Positions 36,901 to 49,166 of a stretch of 64,000 bases of DNA are shown in pieces; positions within the stretch are counted from its first letter, which is position 1; the number at the start of each line of letters is the position of its first letter. The position numbers and the translations under genes are program-made. Below the pieces are notes generated by a model. It ran no database searches, was not told the DNA's origin, and saw only the letters and a list, made by a program, of their open reading frames with translations. Origin of the DNA: Nageia nagi (lineage: Eukaryota; Plantae; Pinophyta); contig JBITNC010000001.1 in the NCBI GenBank assembly GCA_050084985.1, positions 42,098,001 through 42,162,000 on the forward strand. The letters run 5' to 3'.

Positions 36901-39900
36901 CTTCCAAGGTTGGCGCAAGGTCTCCAAGTGAATGTAATTATGAATATGCCACTTCTAGGCTAGGAAGCAGCCCTAGTCCTTAGAAGGAAGAGAGTGGAGC
37001 AACCCCAACTTTGAGATGATTCTTGATCAAATGCCAAATTATGATGATCTTCAAGTGGTGAATCTTTCCTCCTTTTATAGGTGCTTTTACCTTGAAATTA
37101 CCAGTAATTAAACTCTTGGCCGACTTGGAATAAAATAGCTTTCTCCTAGCCAACTTTTCCCTAATGGTGATATTATAATCCTGGTTTCTTGGGCAAACTT
37201 CAAAAATCCATATCTCCCTCGTTCTTTGACGAAACCATGTCGTGTGACCTGTCAAAACGATTGGCAGAAGATTCTCCATCTATTCTAAAAGACAAATCAG
37301 TGATCCAAGACTTGTGACGGAAGTTATGCTTTTAACAAGGTTTCTCAAAATTGGGGACATTACAAGTCCCTCATCACATTGCTTGTCCTCAAGCAATGAC
37401 AACATACATGTCGAAGTCATCAAGATGAATCCAACTATGAACCCAGTGTCCCAAGTCAATTTCCAAATAAGTTTACCATGCTGATGTTGATGCTCAATTT
37501 TGACGAAGATTTTCTCACATGCTTCCTCTTTCCTAATGCCCATAGTGATCCAAGCAAGCAATGATGTCACAAGTGGAGGGCTAAAGAAAGAACCAAACAG
37601 GATCAAGTCTAAACTCTCCATGGCAGTAGTGTTGATTGGTTGCACCAAACCAAGCACAAGTGCTATCCAAAGACCCTCAAATAATGTTAAGAACTCATGT
37701 AACACTTCAGTTTTTATTAGATCACAATTCCTGCAAAAAACGAATAAACAAGTTTGTAAAAACAAGTCTCCTTCTCCCTTGAGGGATGGAGTGTGGTCTC
37801 TTGTGTTTCCCAACTGCTGCACATGTTCATTTGCTGCTGTTGTCTTTACTGAACAACCCTCCAATGATACATAATCCGTCATCATGAACTGCCCAAGTGT
37901 CATCAAACTGAGTGTGAGTGATCTATAAACTATAAGATTAAAATTTCAATTTAACCTTTTCTTAGGATCAATTCACACTTAAAACAATTAAGTGCTTGTA
38001 AAGGAAAATCAGGAACAAATTTGTAAACACAGAGAAGAGAAAAGCATTCACCATAGAAAGAGGCAAGCAAAATTATCCTGGTTCACCCGGTGTGGGCTAC
38101 ATCCAGCTCAAAAGCTCTCTACTATTAGTGGGTGGAATCACTTTACAAGGCCTCCATGGTCCTTCAAAACCTCCTCTCACATTCACAACACACTCATAGC
38201 TCTGAAAATCACAACAAGAACTGAAAACAACTTTCCAGAAATCCTCCTTTTTTTCACGTCCAATTTGCTCCCCTTTTATACAATTTTAGGGGCTAAAATT
38301 GGAGAGTATTACAACTAGGAAATTTGATACAAAACCTATTTTCAGATACCCATTAACCTCCTTGATCTTCCTGTCAAATTTGGGCTCAAATGGCTGTAAA
38401 AATCTTCCCAAAATGAACTCTAAAATCGAAATAATACGCTCACTAGATTGTTTCAGGCTTACAGAATTAAATCAGCCTAATAATAGGACCTTAGGCGAAT
38501 AAAAATCACCATAAACCTTTGAAAACACCAAAATACATTAAAAAAAACCTAAAATTGGGCGGGTGCACTGTGGTGACGACACATGGTGCGCTTAGAATAA
38601 GTCAACCTCCTGTTGATTGGCGGTTTGGCTGGCGGTCAGACGGGCGGTCACACGCGGGCGGCTTGGCTAGCAGTCTTGGTTGGCGGCTGACGTTTTCGAT
38701 AGGCGGATTGGAGGTTGGCGGTCGTGGCGGTCTCAATTTCCTGCGGTCAAACTCCATGCAGGCTCTATCACTCCTCCTCCTCCTGCGTGGTCTCCACGAT
38801 GGCGGGCGGGCCCCCCCTACATTGGCCGCCCAAAACATTTGAAAATATTATTATTTTTTTTATATTTTTAATCCTTTTTTTTTTAATTTTTTTTTCTCAA
38901 AATACTCAAATGGAATTAATATCATATCTTCCACATAGGGGCTCGGATTCACGATCCGAAAGAAGCGTCGGAAAGCTGAAGACAAGGCGATCACAATGAA
39001 CACACTGAAATGGAGATTACTGAATGTCGAAGGGATCCAAATTTTGGATCAGTGAGTAAGTTTGATGCAAGGTTACTCGGGTCTGAATATGTATGATCAG
39101 CAATGAATAAAGGTTTTCCCATGCAATGCTTGACTCCATGGCTGTCCGAGTGTGTGTACGTCTGATGCAAGGTTACTTGGGTCTGAATATGTATGATCAG
39201 CAATGAATAAAGGTTTTCCCATGCAATGCTTGACTCCATGGCTGTCCCTAAATGTGCTAACAAACTGTCCAAATATTCTTCAAAACAGTCCCTTGATGAT
39301 ATCAAAAGAATGCAATCATTGATACGGCTGTCCCATGAAGTATCTGCAAGAAATGTTGTTGATGATGTGTGCCTTTCCAACTCTAGAACTTGTACCTTGC
39401 TTCCAAATTGGTCCCATCGTTTTGTTATTCCCAAACTTTGAAAAATCACAACTGATAAGGTGTTGTCCTGACTAGTTTTAACAGCTGTAACGTTGGTTAA
39501 ACACTTCCCAAATGCTCTTTCTTCATTGGAACTTGATGCTATGCCCCTTGTGCAAACTGTACTGTACTTGGAGGGGTTGATTCCAACCAAAGTTATAAAT
39601 AAATCAGTCAATAGTGGACTGATTTGAGTCCACAAACTGGCTTTCCAAATGCATCAGTCTTCAAACCAAATCTTTTAAGATACCCTCAAACTGTGTTGTA
39701 CTTGCTAGCGCATAAACAAAGAAGTAATGTATATTTGGTATCTATGTACTCTTGAGGAGATACTTGACAATTTACATCTTGATTTTCAACAATAAAGGAC
39801 TGAAGTGATATGGTCTTTTTGGACATGTGACTTTTTTTGAAACCACATACTTGGCTGTCCCAAACTAGAGTGTACATCAGTCTCAAATATGTATATGACT

Positions 39901-42900
39901 GTTATGTAAGGACTTTGAGAGGAGCTAAATGGCTGAGTTTTACCTTCCATTTGTGTTCTTCATTTCCCATGTGACTGTCATACAAATCTGAGATGTTGCG
40001 TGGGCTCTCCAATCTATGGATGATGGTTTTTTGTCCTCTTCTACCTTGTAATCACTGCTGCAACTTTCAAGAGTACTGCTGTCCCTCTTTTTTGTTGTAT
40101 GGAATAATCTTTTGGTAGTATGCTTCACCTTCTTGCGCCCCAAACTGAGTATACACCCAAGGAATGAAAATATACCTGATAATTGATAAACTTTCACATA
40201 ACCCAACTGTATATTACCTTCCCATGTGGCGTGAATGTTGGGACTGGATTTTGTTATCAAAGGCTGCCTTAGAATGTTGCCAAAACTAAGATTACTACTG
40301 CTGCAAATTCTATGGGTGCTGTTGTTCCTTCTAGAGGCAATATGCTTCATTTGTTGGCCTCCAAATTTAAGTAGAGACCAAAGTGATGTAACCATATTAC
40401 TTCCAAAACCAGCCATGTTGCTTCCCCATGAAGCGTGGATGTTGGGATTGCCCCTTTTGACCAAAGCTGCCCTTGAGCTTCATCTTAACTGATCTTACTG
40501 TTGTTGATACTGTTATACCTCCCTAGAGAGGCGTTATGACTGATTTGAGATTTTTCCAACCTGTTAATAGCTGTCAAAGGGTGTGTGGCATTGATGCCCT
40601 TCAATGTGACCTTCACCCCTTGTTCAAAGAAGCTCATCTCTAACTTCCGATAGTTGAAAGTGACATCTCCCAATTGGTACAACCATTGGACTCCTAGTAT
40701 GATGTGAGGAAAACCTTCCATAGGATAGAAATGTAATCTTGAGTCAACAAACACTATCTCTATGTAAATAAGACACATACGTACTCCCCTTTGAAACACT
40801 ATCCTTATCACTGTGTTATGCAAGCATTCATGTTCTTTAGCCTCCTCCAAATTACACTCAAGCCTGAAGAGATACGCAGCTCCATTGGTGACACAAATTG
40901 AGACATGGTGTACTGATTTCTCCAATGACTTTACTCTCACAGTCCCAATTAATGTAGTCTTTGAGTTAGGCAAGCAATCATTTCTATGAATGCCTTTTGT
41001 CACTGCTATAACAGTACTAAGGTCTATCCAATGATCAGTCTTAACTGCCATGTCATCGCCAACTGTTAGTGCTTCCTTTGTCGATGCAATCCCATTAAAT
41101 GCTCCAACTATCCACAAATATACATCCCACATGATTCTTATCGTTCTGTAAGGGTGATGTGCAACACTCCCACTATCTCCACACACCATCATCCTCACAC
41201 AACTTACTAATGTTACCAATAGATGAATGTGAAAACCTTTTTGAATGCTGTTCTAAAAATCAGGATGAAGCTCATATCTTATGGGAGTAATATCATGGCT
41301 GATCCATGATCCTAATGGATGTAGAGATGACTCCAAGTGGTGAAAGTTCTCATCCAAACACCCCAAAACTGAAGATGTGCTCTCAACTCTTTCTAACACT
41401 GAATCCAAGCAAGGCTGGTTTGGAAAATAGTTGTCACCATTGATCATGAATAAACTGGGCATATTTGTGTGTATATTGCTTTCTTCTAGGATCTCCAAAT
41501 CTGAAAGTTCTTTTTGAAGGGTTGAATTTGCAAAAGAGAAGCCTCCAATGCTCTCCACGCCATCATCATACATTGATACCAAAACACTTGGATTCCAAGG
41601 AATTAAGAGCTGATGTTTTGCATTTTGAAGGGCATGCTTGAGGCGTACCTCATGAAGGGTTGATGTCAAATCACCTTTTAAAGCAAGGTGGCTAGAATTG
41701 TCATGAGAACTGTTTTCTTCAACATATACTTCCATCGAAGGTGCATTAATGATCTTAACCATGTCATTACTTACATTAATTCCACTAGTGAATCCAATGA
41801 ACATAGAAACCTCATTGAATTTGTCAATTGGAGCCATTGTTTTGTTCTTATGCTCAATATCATCAAGAGTAGTTGCATGCACATTTATGAAATCATCTTG
41901 GGATGACATCATGCATACCTCATGTAGTAGTGCGTCACCTTCTCCTTTTTCAATGCTAGGTGCTTGCCTACGTTCAAGATTATTATTTGCCATCTTTATG
42001 ATATCTTTTAGGCATGAGTCCTCCTTAGGCAAGATAATGGTTTCTTCTTGTGGCATAGTCTCTTCTTTATTATGTGTATTTACTTCAAGTGGTGCTTTTT
42101 GATGTTGGTGACATCTTCAAGTGGCGGAGTGACATTAACAACTGTGGGCTGCTCTTCTTCCTTAATCCCTTCATTATCTAAGAAAGGTTTCAATTGCTTC
42201 TTACACTATTCAACAACATTGTTAACCAGCTCATGTGCGGTAGTAGAGGCAACCAAGTCTTGCCTTCAAACGTCCCACAACATAGATAAGAGTGGCGGGT
42301 AAACATAATCACTCTCTTCTATGATTAGAACCATAATATCGCTCATGGCTTCAACGATATTATCAGTATGTTCTTCTCTAGCTGAAACAATGAAGTGATG
42401 AATCATTTCGTAAATCAACTCACACATGTCCGAGTCTAATAAGATGTTACTCATTCCAAATTTTGCAAATGATTCAAGTATGAAAACTCGTCTAGGAAAA
42501 TGAGAACATGTGACATCCTCCAATTTTTCAAAGCTACTAACTAATCACTGAAATATCATCCTTAATGATCATCATCATAGGGAGCATTAGGTGCAAAAAT
42601 TCTCAAAATATCGCTCAAACAGGAAGTACCCATGATTCTTACCTCCATATTTGTGTGTTCCAACCATTTAGGCTTTCCTAAAGTCTTCACTAACGGAGTT
42701 ATAGCTACTTGTAACATATGTGAATGAGGCTGGTCCATCATGTGCAAACAATCTTCTATTTCCCTCAAGGTGCGAAGGACAGTTTCTCTTGGCTGAAATA
42801 TCAGTCCAAGTTTACCTCTCGCATTAGTAAGCTTATCAACCAACTGCTTTTCTTTTAATTGCACCATGATATTCAAAACCCTAGTTCTCACTTGAACCAC

Positions 42901-45900
42901 AAACTCTAGGTATTTCAAACCCCATGTATATAGCTGAATTATTCATCCACAGGCTGGTAGGATGTTGAGCTTTGATACCATTGTAATTTACCTTTCTAGG
43001 GTTTATGCTAAATATGCACAATTACTCAACAAAATTTCATATTCATTCACAAATTACGGCACAACTGTAAATGCTTAATGACCATCCAAACACACGCTCA
43101 AGACTGAATTATAACAACTGTAACCAGATTTGATACATAGCAGTGATGAAGTTCATACAACATGTGTAATCAACCAAACTAGGGCACAATTGCAGATATG
43201 CAATATAACAGTAATATGCCACCAAAACACTCTAATTCGCACACATTCTCATGCACATCGAATGAGAGCAATATAAAAGCCGAATATCAATAATAATGAC
43301 CAAGAATAAGTATGGGGTTGTAACAAGCCTGTGACAAGCTCTTAGGAAAAGCCCAAGACTCCAAAATGCTCAACCAAGACTCCTAAAGGCTGGTGCAAGA
43401 CCCAAGATGGTTCCAAGGCTGATGCAAGTCTTAAGATGGCTCCAAGATTTTAACACTAGGGCTAGAAAGTCTTCCAAGGTTGGCGCAAGCTCTCCAAGTG
43501 AATGTAATTGCAAATATGCCACTTCTAGGCTAAGGAGCAGCCCTAGTCGTTAGAAGGAAGAGAGGGGAGTAACCTCCATTTCCAAGATGATCCATGAGTA
43601 AATGCCAAATTATGATGATCTTCAAGTGGTGAATCTTTCCTTCTTTTATAGGTGCTTTTACCTTGAAATTACCAGTAATTAAACTCTTGGCCGACTTGGA
43701 ATAAAATAACTTTCTCCTAGCCAACTTTTCCATGGCTGCGATATTAATATCCTGATTTCCTGGGCAAACTTCAAAAGTCCATATCTCCCTCGTTTCTTTA
43801 CGAAACCATGTTGTATGACATGTTAAAACGATTGGCAGAAGATTCTCCATACATTCCAAAAGACAAATCGGTAATCCAAGACTCGTGATGGAAGTTATGC
43901 TTTTAACAAGATTTCTCAAAAGTGGGGACATTACAGTCTTATATCATTTCCACCTAGGTGTATTACAAATTGAGGCGTCCAAACCTCAAGTGCCATAAAC
44001 AACTTGAATCTTCCATGGCTACTTGGCACAGTGCCTTGGTCTAATGTGAAGCTTGGATAATATGGAGAAAGGTCCCACAAGCAAGCTTAGATGAATACGA
44101 TGAAGGATAAAATACTCAACAGATATGCCTATTTTGAAAAGAATAGGTTACAGCTTTGATTGTATATTTTACTAGGATGATTCTTAGATGAAAATGAGCT
44201 GCAGCAATGGTTCATAAACGTTAAACAGTAAATATGCCAAGAAAGTTGAAATTATTTGAAACTTGGAATCTATGAATTGTCAATAAGGAAGAGACTCGGT
44301 ATATTATTTAAAATGAAAAAAAGGTTGATCAATTGACAAAATAAACTCACATGCTCTGTGGCTCATTTGTAGGCCTTGTGACTTTAGATGAATTATTAAT
44401 GGCATCTGATTCACTCTAATTATCCATACATGGGTATGCACATCGCCTATGACTAAGCCCTTCCTTTAAAGGACATTTCAGGTATATTTGGTCTCTAGAA
44501 GACAAACATTAAAGGCGCTATGAATGTATATCAGGTTCTTGGCTATTTACCAATGTGAGTTCCGCTTTTAACACTTTCATAAATCAAAATTACATTTATT
44601 TCTATTACAAACAGCACCAGTTACCTGAAGGAGTAATGGTGTAGACATTGACTGCAACTTAGGTGCATGCTCATTGCTGACGATGAAGATGCTACCAATC
44701 TTGACAAAAAGTCTATTGTAGAGGGCTTCTGTTTTATGAAACTTATCACATGTATCCAAAAATTATGTAAAATTGCTTCTTCATTGCCATAAACCTTCTA
44801 CATTACACTAAATATTCTTTTATTATCTCACTACTGTAGAAGCCTATAATCTCATGCCCAACATCATACCATTAAGAATTCAGGGTATCATAGCATCAAT
44901 TACTGAGAGCTGGGGTTTAGCTTGTTTCATCTGTCTTGTAGTTTAGCCTCTTATAGGAATATTTATATAACGGTTTCTCATGTTCCTGATGTTTTTGATT
45001 CCCTTATACATGGCCAAATGCATCATGTCACAGATAGGGTCAACCAACAAACACTCACAATTTGGCATCAACTCCAAACCAGGGATTAAGCATCTGCCCT
45101 CAACTGTAGTCTTAAGTCTCAGGTAAAGACTGCCTTGAAGCTTCCTACATGTCACCATCACAGGTGCACACAATGCTTTCTTTGACTCAAAAACATGTCA
45201 GAAACTAAAGAAGAAGAAATGTGTATTATTAGCTTTAGTGTCTTATACTTCTAAGTGGCTTGTTATTCAAAACGACTGCACACAAACATTGCAAGTCTTC
45301 ACTTGTTAGTTTCATTAGTGGTTTATTAGATTGTGCTATACAAAATAAATGTAAATGCAAACAGTGGCAAGTGAAGACCTAATTTCACTATTGCTTTTTG
45401 ATCTAGCAGCAGCAGCTATTGCTGTTTGTCAGCAACCTATCACTGCAATTTATTCTAACATCATTAGCCTCTGATGGTACAATTCAATGACAATATAGTA
45501 CATAAAGAATTGAAAAATTATTTTAAAAAGCTAAATTTTTTAACATATTGTATGCTTATGTTCATGGTGATGGGTTTGGGTGTGTTCACCTTGAGACCAG
45601 ATGCTTGCACTCCATACAGGTGCAAAATCCACTGGAATTTCCAGCAAAGCATGACTCTTTTGTGTATCAATATTAATGTAGTTCATTAGTATTCCAAATA
45701 TAGGAAATATCAATTGTACTGCAGAAAACAAATACTCATTTCTTATCAACAGTCCATTTCTTATTTTGTTTTAATATGCAAACGCCTTGTAGTTGTTAAG
45801 GGACTAGGAATTTCAGATAGTTCCAAGCTATGTGGGTCTGGAGTTTAGATAGAATCACATGGCTTTGAGCCTGCCTGGGTTTGTACAAACTTGGTTTGCA

Positions 45901-48900
45901 TGATGATACCAAGTACTTCTCATTAGATCGCTGCTGGACAGTTCATTTCAGCACTATTAAACATATTCATGTCTAACCTGTTTTTTAAAGTTCCTTTATT
46001 ATATTTTTCAAAAAAATTATTTCTGATTCCCCTTGTTTTGAAACACTCTTTTTTTACGACACTTTCTATATTCTCTCAAAGAATGTTGTATTTTTGTCAT
46101 GATTTGGGATCAAGGTGCATGTTTTTCATACTGTCACTATTATTTTGATGTAATTGTTTGTAACCTCAACTTGTTATTTTAGCTCTATGGTTTTGTTTTA
46201 GCTTGCTTTCATTCATCCATTTGGTTGAATTGTCATTGGCCATCTTATAACATAAAACTAGACTGATATCATAAACTTACTTGCCTTGTTTTTAGGTTAT
46301 TTATTGAATATTCAATGTTTCCTTGCAAGTCCTGAAGGCTTTTCTTATTGCAGGTGTGTACTTCGTGGTTGTGTTCCCAAAAAGTTACTTGTTTATGCAT
46401 CCAAATTTTCTCATGATTTTGAAGAAAGTAGAGGCTTTGGTTGGTCTGAATGTGAGCCCAAGCATGACTGGGCCACTTTGATATCTAATAAGAATGCAGA
46501 GCTTCGGCGGCTGACTGGAGTGTATAAAAATGTCTTGAACAATGCTGGTGTAACTCTAATCGAAGGTCGTGGAAAGGTTGAGTGCACGACTCAGATGTTT
46601 ACATGATCCTTGTTAAAAAAATGTTTAAAGATTGAGCTATTATACTTGATCACCATATGGATTCATGATTTTGTTTCAACACAGGAAAAGTGTTAAACTA
46701 TTAATTTATTTTAAATTGGTTAGCACTAAGCTATTTCTTTCTGTTAATACTTATTTTGTATCGCCAGATTGTTGATGCACATACAGTGGAAGTGGGTGGA
46801 AAATTATACTCTGCAAAGCACATACTTGTTTCTGTTGGTGGACGCCCCTTTATTCCTGACATTCCTGGAAAAGAACTTGCCATCAATTCTGATATTGCTC
46901 TAGATTTACCTTCACGACCTGACAAAATTGCTATTATTGGAGGTGGTTACATTGCTTTGGAATTTGCAAGTATCTTCAATGGATTACGCAGCGATGTGCA
47001 TGTGTTTGCTCGCCAGAAGAAGGTTCTTAGAGGCTTTGATGAGGAGGTGAGAAAAGTTGGGCTTCAGGTTTTATTCTTTCATTAGACTTAGTTTGTTATT
47101 ATTCTGCTAAGGATTACTATGGTTTCAGTCTAATTGGATGTGTATATTTTCATAGATAAGAGATTTTGTAGCAGAGCAAATGTCGTTGAGAGGGGTTGAG
47201 TTTCATTTTGAAGAGTCACCAGAAGCTATAGAAAAAGAAGCAGATGGATTGCTTACATTGAAGACTACCAAGCAAATTGCTGATGGTTTTTCACATGTCA
47301 TGTTTGCAACTGGTCGATTGGCAAACACTAAAGTATAGCTATAAAAGTAGTGATTTCCAAGATATCATTACATTTGTGTTTACTGGTTTGAGATTTCATC
47401 AATGTACTGATATCATTTAAAACTGAATGTTTTTATGCTAGAATTTGGGGTTAGAGGAAGTTGGAGTAAAACTGAACAGGAATGGTGCAGTTAAGGTATA
47501 TAATCTTACATGTTTTTTGTATGTTGACTGCAGAGATAATAGATAACTAAAATTCATGTAAAGTGAGAGAATTAGTTCCTTAACCACTACATTCGGTTTC
47601 TGTAGGTAGATGAATATTCAAGGACCTCTGTTGAGTCAATCTGGGCTGTTGGTGACGTGACTAACAGGGCAAATTTAACTCCAGTTGCTATAATGGAAGG
47701 AGGGGCATTTGCTAACTCCACGTTTGGTAACCAATCTATGAAGCCTGACTACAGGTATTTTCACTTGGTTTTAGTTTTTACAGATAAAAGTTTTTGGTAG
47801 ATGAACATGAACACTATTCTTAGCAATATTATAGTCTTCTACTTGTACCTTCATAATAATTATGCATCTCAGTCTGATTGCTGGTATCGCCATAGCAGTT
47901 ATGCAGTCAAATTTGTTTGGCTTTAGTGTTTTCACATCAATCTTTTGAGGCATGATAGGAGATCCAAGTATGATTTTTGAGTAGGCATTCACTAGTGGGC
48001 TTTTTATTATTAAGGAATTATTGGCAATTTATTTAATAACTAAATGGCAAAGGTGATATCCACTATAATCTTGGTGAAAAGGTCTCATATGCCTTGGTTT
48101 AGGGTGTAACCTAAAAACTGATCTTTTCTGTGTAGTGACATTTCTTCAACAAGTAGATCTTTTAGAGATAGTGATCATTCATTTTAGATTTTAATTTTCA
48201 AGCTACTTTTTAACTGTTTTAAATATGTTTAATAATATGACACAGAAACATACCTTCTGCGGTATTTACTCAACCTCCAATTGGGACAGTTGGCCTAAGT
48301 GAACAACAGGTTAGTACTTGTTTCTGTTTTGTATCACATGTTTGCTCTAACTGTTGTGTTTTATATTTTTATGATATAGGTTTGACTATATAATTGCTTT
48401 TGGATTATATGCTGGTATCAGGCTTAATTGTTTTTATTTTTATATTTATCACATTATACACATTTTTTCCTGCAGGCAATTGAGCAATATGGGGACATTG
48501 ATGTCTACACAACAAACTTTCGACCCATGAAAGCGACCTTGTCAGGGCTTCCTGATCGAATTTTCATGAAAATGATTGTGTGCGCAGCAACAGATAAGGT
48601 TGTAGGAGTTCACATGTGCGGAGATGACTCTCCTGAGATTTTACAGGTTATATTTGATTCTAAACTCCACTTTTAAAAAGAATGTTTTCTGTCCTTTTAA
48701 TTTTAAGTGTAAGGAAGCTTCTGAAGATTATTTTATGATCCATAACCATAATTTCTTTTTTAAACCAGGGGATTGCAATAGCTGTAAAAGCTGGCCTTAC
48801 AAAAACAGATTTTGATGCCACAGTAGGAATCCATCCTACAGCAGCAGAAGAATTAGTAACCATGCGAAGTCCTACTAGGAAGATTCGTCAAAGTGATACA

Positions 48901-49166
48901 CATGCCAAGGTTGGATTTCTGGTCTGGCTTGAATTTGAAGGCCCTGATCTCTGTTTTTTAGGAATATGTTAGGTCTAGTTTGCGTAGTTGGCTTGCTAAA
49001 GGTCTTCTAATTAAGTCTACTAATGTAGTTGGATCCTACATGTACAACATAGTCTGTGAATTCGTCATACAGATATTGCATAATTATGCTTGTTCTTGAA
49101 TGATACATTTTGATGGTTAATTTTTGAACTTTGCAGGTGGGCGGAATGGCAAAAACCTCAACTTGA
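21552..49166 (+). CDS. GR2: Glutathione reductase, plastid (probably dual plastid/mitochondrial) type; 10 exons, 558 aa
   Basis: Exons 21552-21940, 46354-46576, 46768-47046, 47156-47332, 47442-47495, 47606-47754, 48246-48309, 48476-48646, 48769-48909 and 49137-49166. All introns are GT-AG and phases are consistent (1677 nt, no internal stop). Motifs: transit peptide, [53 protein letters not shown]. Confidence 0.96.
23520..27000 (-). mobile_element. Degenerate Ty3/Gypsy (chromovirus-like) gag-pol in GR intron 1
   Basis: Minus-strand remnants: gag ([15 protein letters not shown]), protease ([12 protein letters not shown]), [29 protein letters not shown], RNase H, integrase ([19 protein letters not shown]; MSPYKAIYG). 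Confidence 0.85.
28172..28490 (+). repeat. Truncated Gypsy LTR 5' end, inverted relative to the LTR at 34117..35357
   Basis: TGTGACATCCCCCTTG...TGTAACTCAGGATAGGAG...GAGCCCCAAGTGGGACGTCTCCCTCC aligns with the reverse complement of 35357 inward, with many differences. Confidence 0.8.
28495..31909 (-). mobile_element. hAT DNA transposon with decayed, intron-containing transposase; left end apparently truncated
   Basis: BED finger ([21 protein letters not shown]), DUF659 ([10 protein letters not shown]...PLINII...FLRAIDCS...NVV|VITDA), [14 protein letters not shown], and hAT dimerisation domain (GWWDLYG...LAVKLLSQ|[22 protein letters not shown]). Short GT-AG introns. GC-rich subterminal region at 31660-31909. 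Confidence 0.9.
31910..35357 (-). mobile_element. 5' half of a Ty3/Gypsy element: LTR, PBS, gag, protease
   Basis: LTR 35357..34117 (TGTGAC...ATCACA on minus). PBS TGGTATCAAAGC at 34114-34103. Gag ([24 protein letters not shown]), protease [12 protein letters not shown]...ILGVQWL. Truncated at the hAT. Confidence 0.9.
37913..38995 (-). mobile_element. Solo LTR inserted in the PDS5-carrying element
   Basis: TGTGA...TCACA termini and decayed TSD CTGAG/ATGAA. The host ORF reads ...ISVCS|LMTLGQ contiguously when it is removed. TATAAAA on the minus strand. Confidence 0.7.
39063..39247. repeat. Tandem duplication, 100-bp period
   Basis: TGATGCAAGGTTACT...CCATGGCTGTCC at 39063 and 39163. Confidence 0.85.
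42180..42867 (-). pseudogene. PDS5: Intronless PDS5 (sister chromatid cohesion protein) N-terminal domain, ~230 codons, 1 frameshift and 3 stops
   Basis: [13 protein letters not shown]...[49 protein letters not shown]...[14 protein letters not shown]...[17 protein letters not shown]...[18 protein letters not shown]...LL..LWDV*...[19 protein letters not shown]. This is collinear with the plant PDS5 N-terminus as recalled (HSDxDVKV..ACISEITRITAPDAPYDDD..F.LIVSSFE.L...R..ILET.AKVR...MLDLECD.L..EMFQHF...IM.LVLEES...C..KLK..L). Confidence 0.88.
46354..49166 (+). CDS. GR2: GR exons 2-10 (compact part of the gene)
   Basis: Acceptor TTGCAG|G-TGT-GTA at 46353/46354 completes T-C-V-L-R-G-C. The eight short introns have canonical sites. 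Stop TGA at 49164-49166. Confidence 0.95.

Larger units (their letters stand above)
36364..43935 (-). mobile_element. Non-autonomous Gypsy-derived LTR element carrying a PDS5 N-terminal domain
   Basis: LTRs 43935..42982 and 37364..36364 (TGTAATGTCCCC...TTACA on minus). PBS TGGTATCAAAGC at 42980-42969. Purine tract before the 3' LTR. Imperfect TSD GTTTT/GTCTT. Internal decayed ORF with the protease C-terminal half ([21 protein letters not shown]) but no recognisable gag, RT or integrase core. Confidence 0.9.
35428..43967 (+). mobile_element. Solo LTR (35428..36363 plus 43936..43967), split by the PDS5-carrying element
   Basis: TGTAATGTCCCC...GGTGTATTACA termini, imperfect TSD AATTT/AATTG, internal TATATAAAT and AATAAA. 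Confidence 0.75.
27800..44700 (-). mobile_element. Ancient Copia remnant split into three pieces by later insertions (host layer of the nest)
   Basis: Joining 44050-43968, 35427-35358 and 28167-28100 on the minus strand gives [34 protein letters not shown]...AFP, a GAG-pre-integrase domain. Weak protease-region remnants lie at 44300-44650. Outer limits are uncertain. Confidence 0.6.

Noticed and set aside
38519-38999. GC-rich Arg/Gly/Pro ORFs
   Set aside because: Low-complexity GGCGG repeats within a solo LTR.
43530-43931. ORFs of 133 aa (43530..43931) and 99 aa (36980..37279) with similar sequence, resembling paralogous genes
   Set aside because: They are the same LTR sequence in the two LTRs of one element. 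No domain is recognisable and their ends differ.
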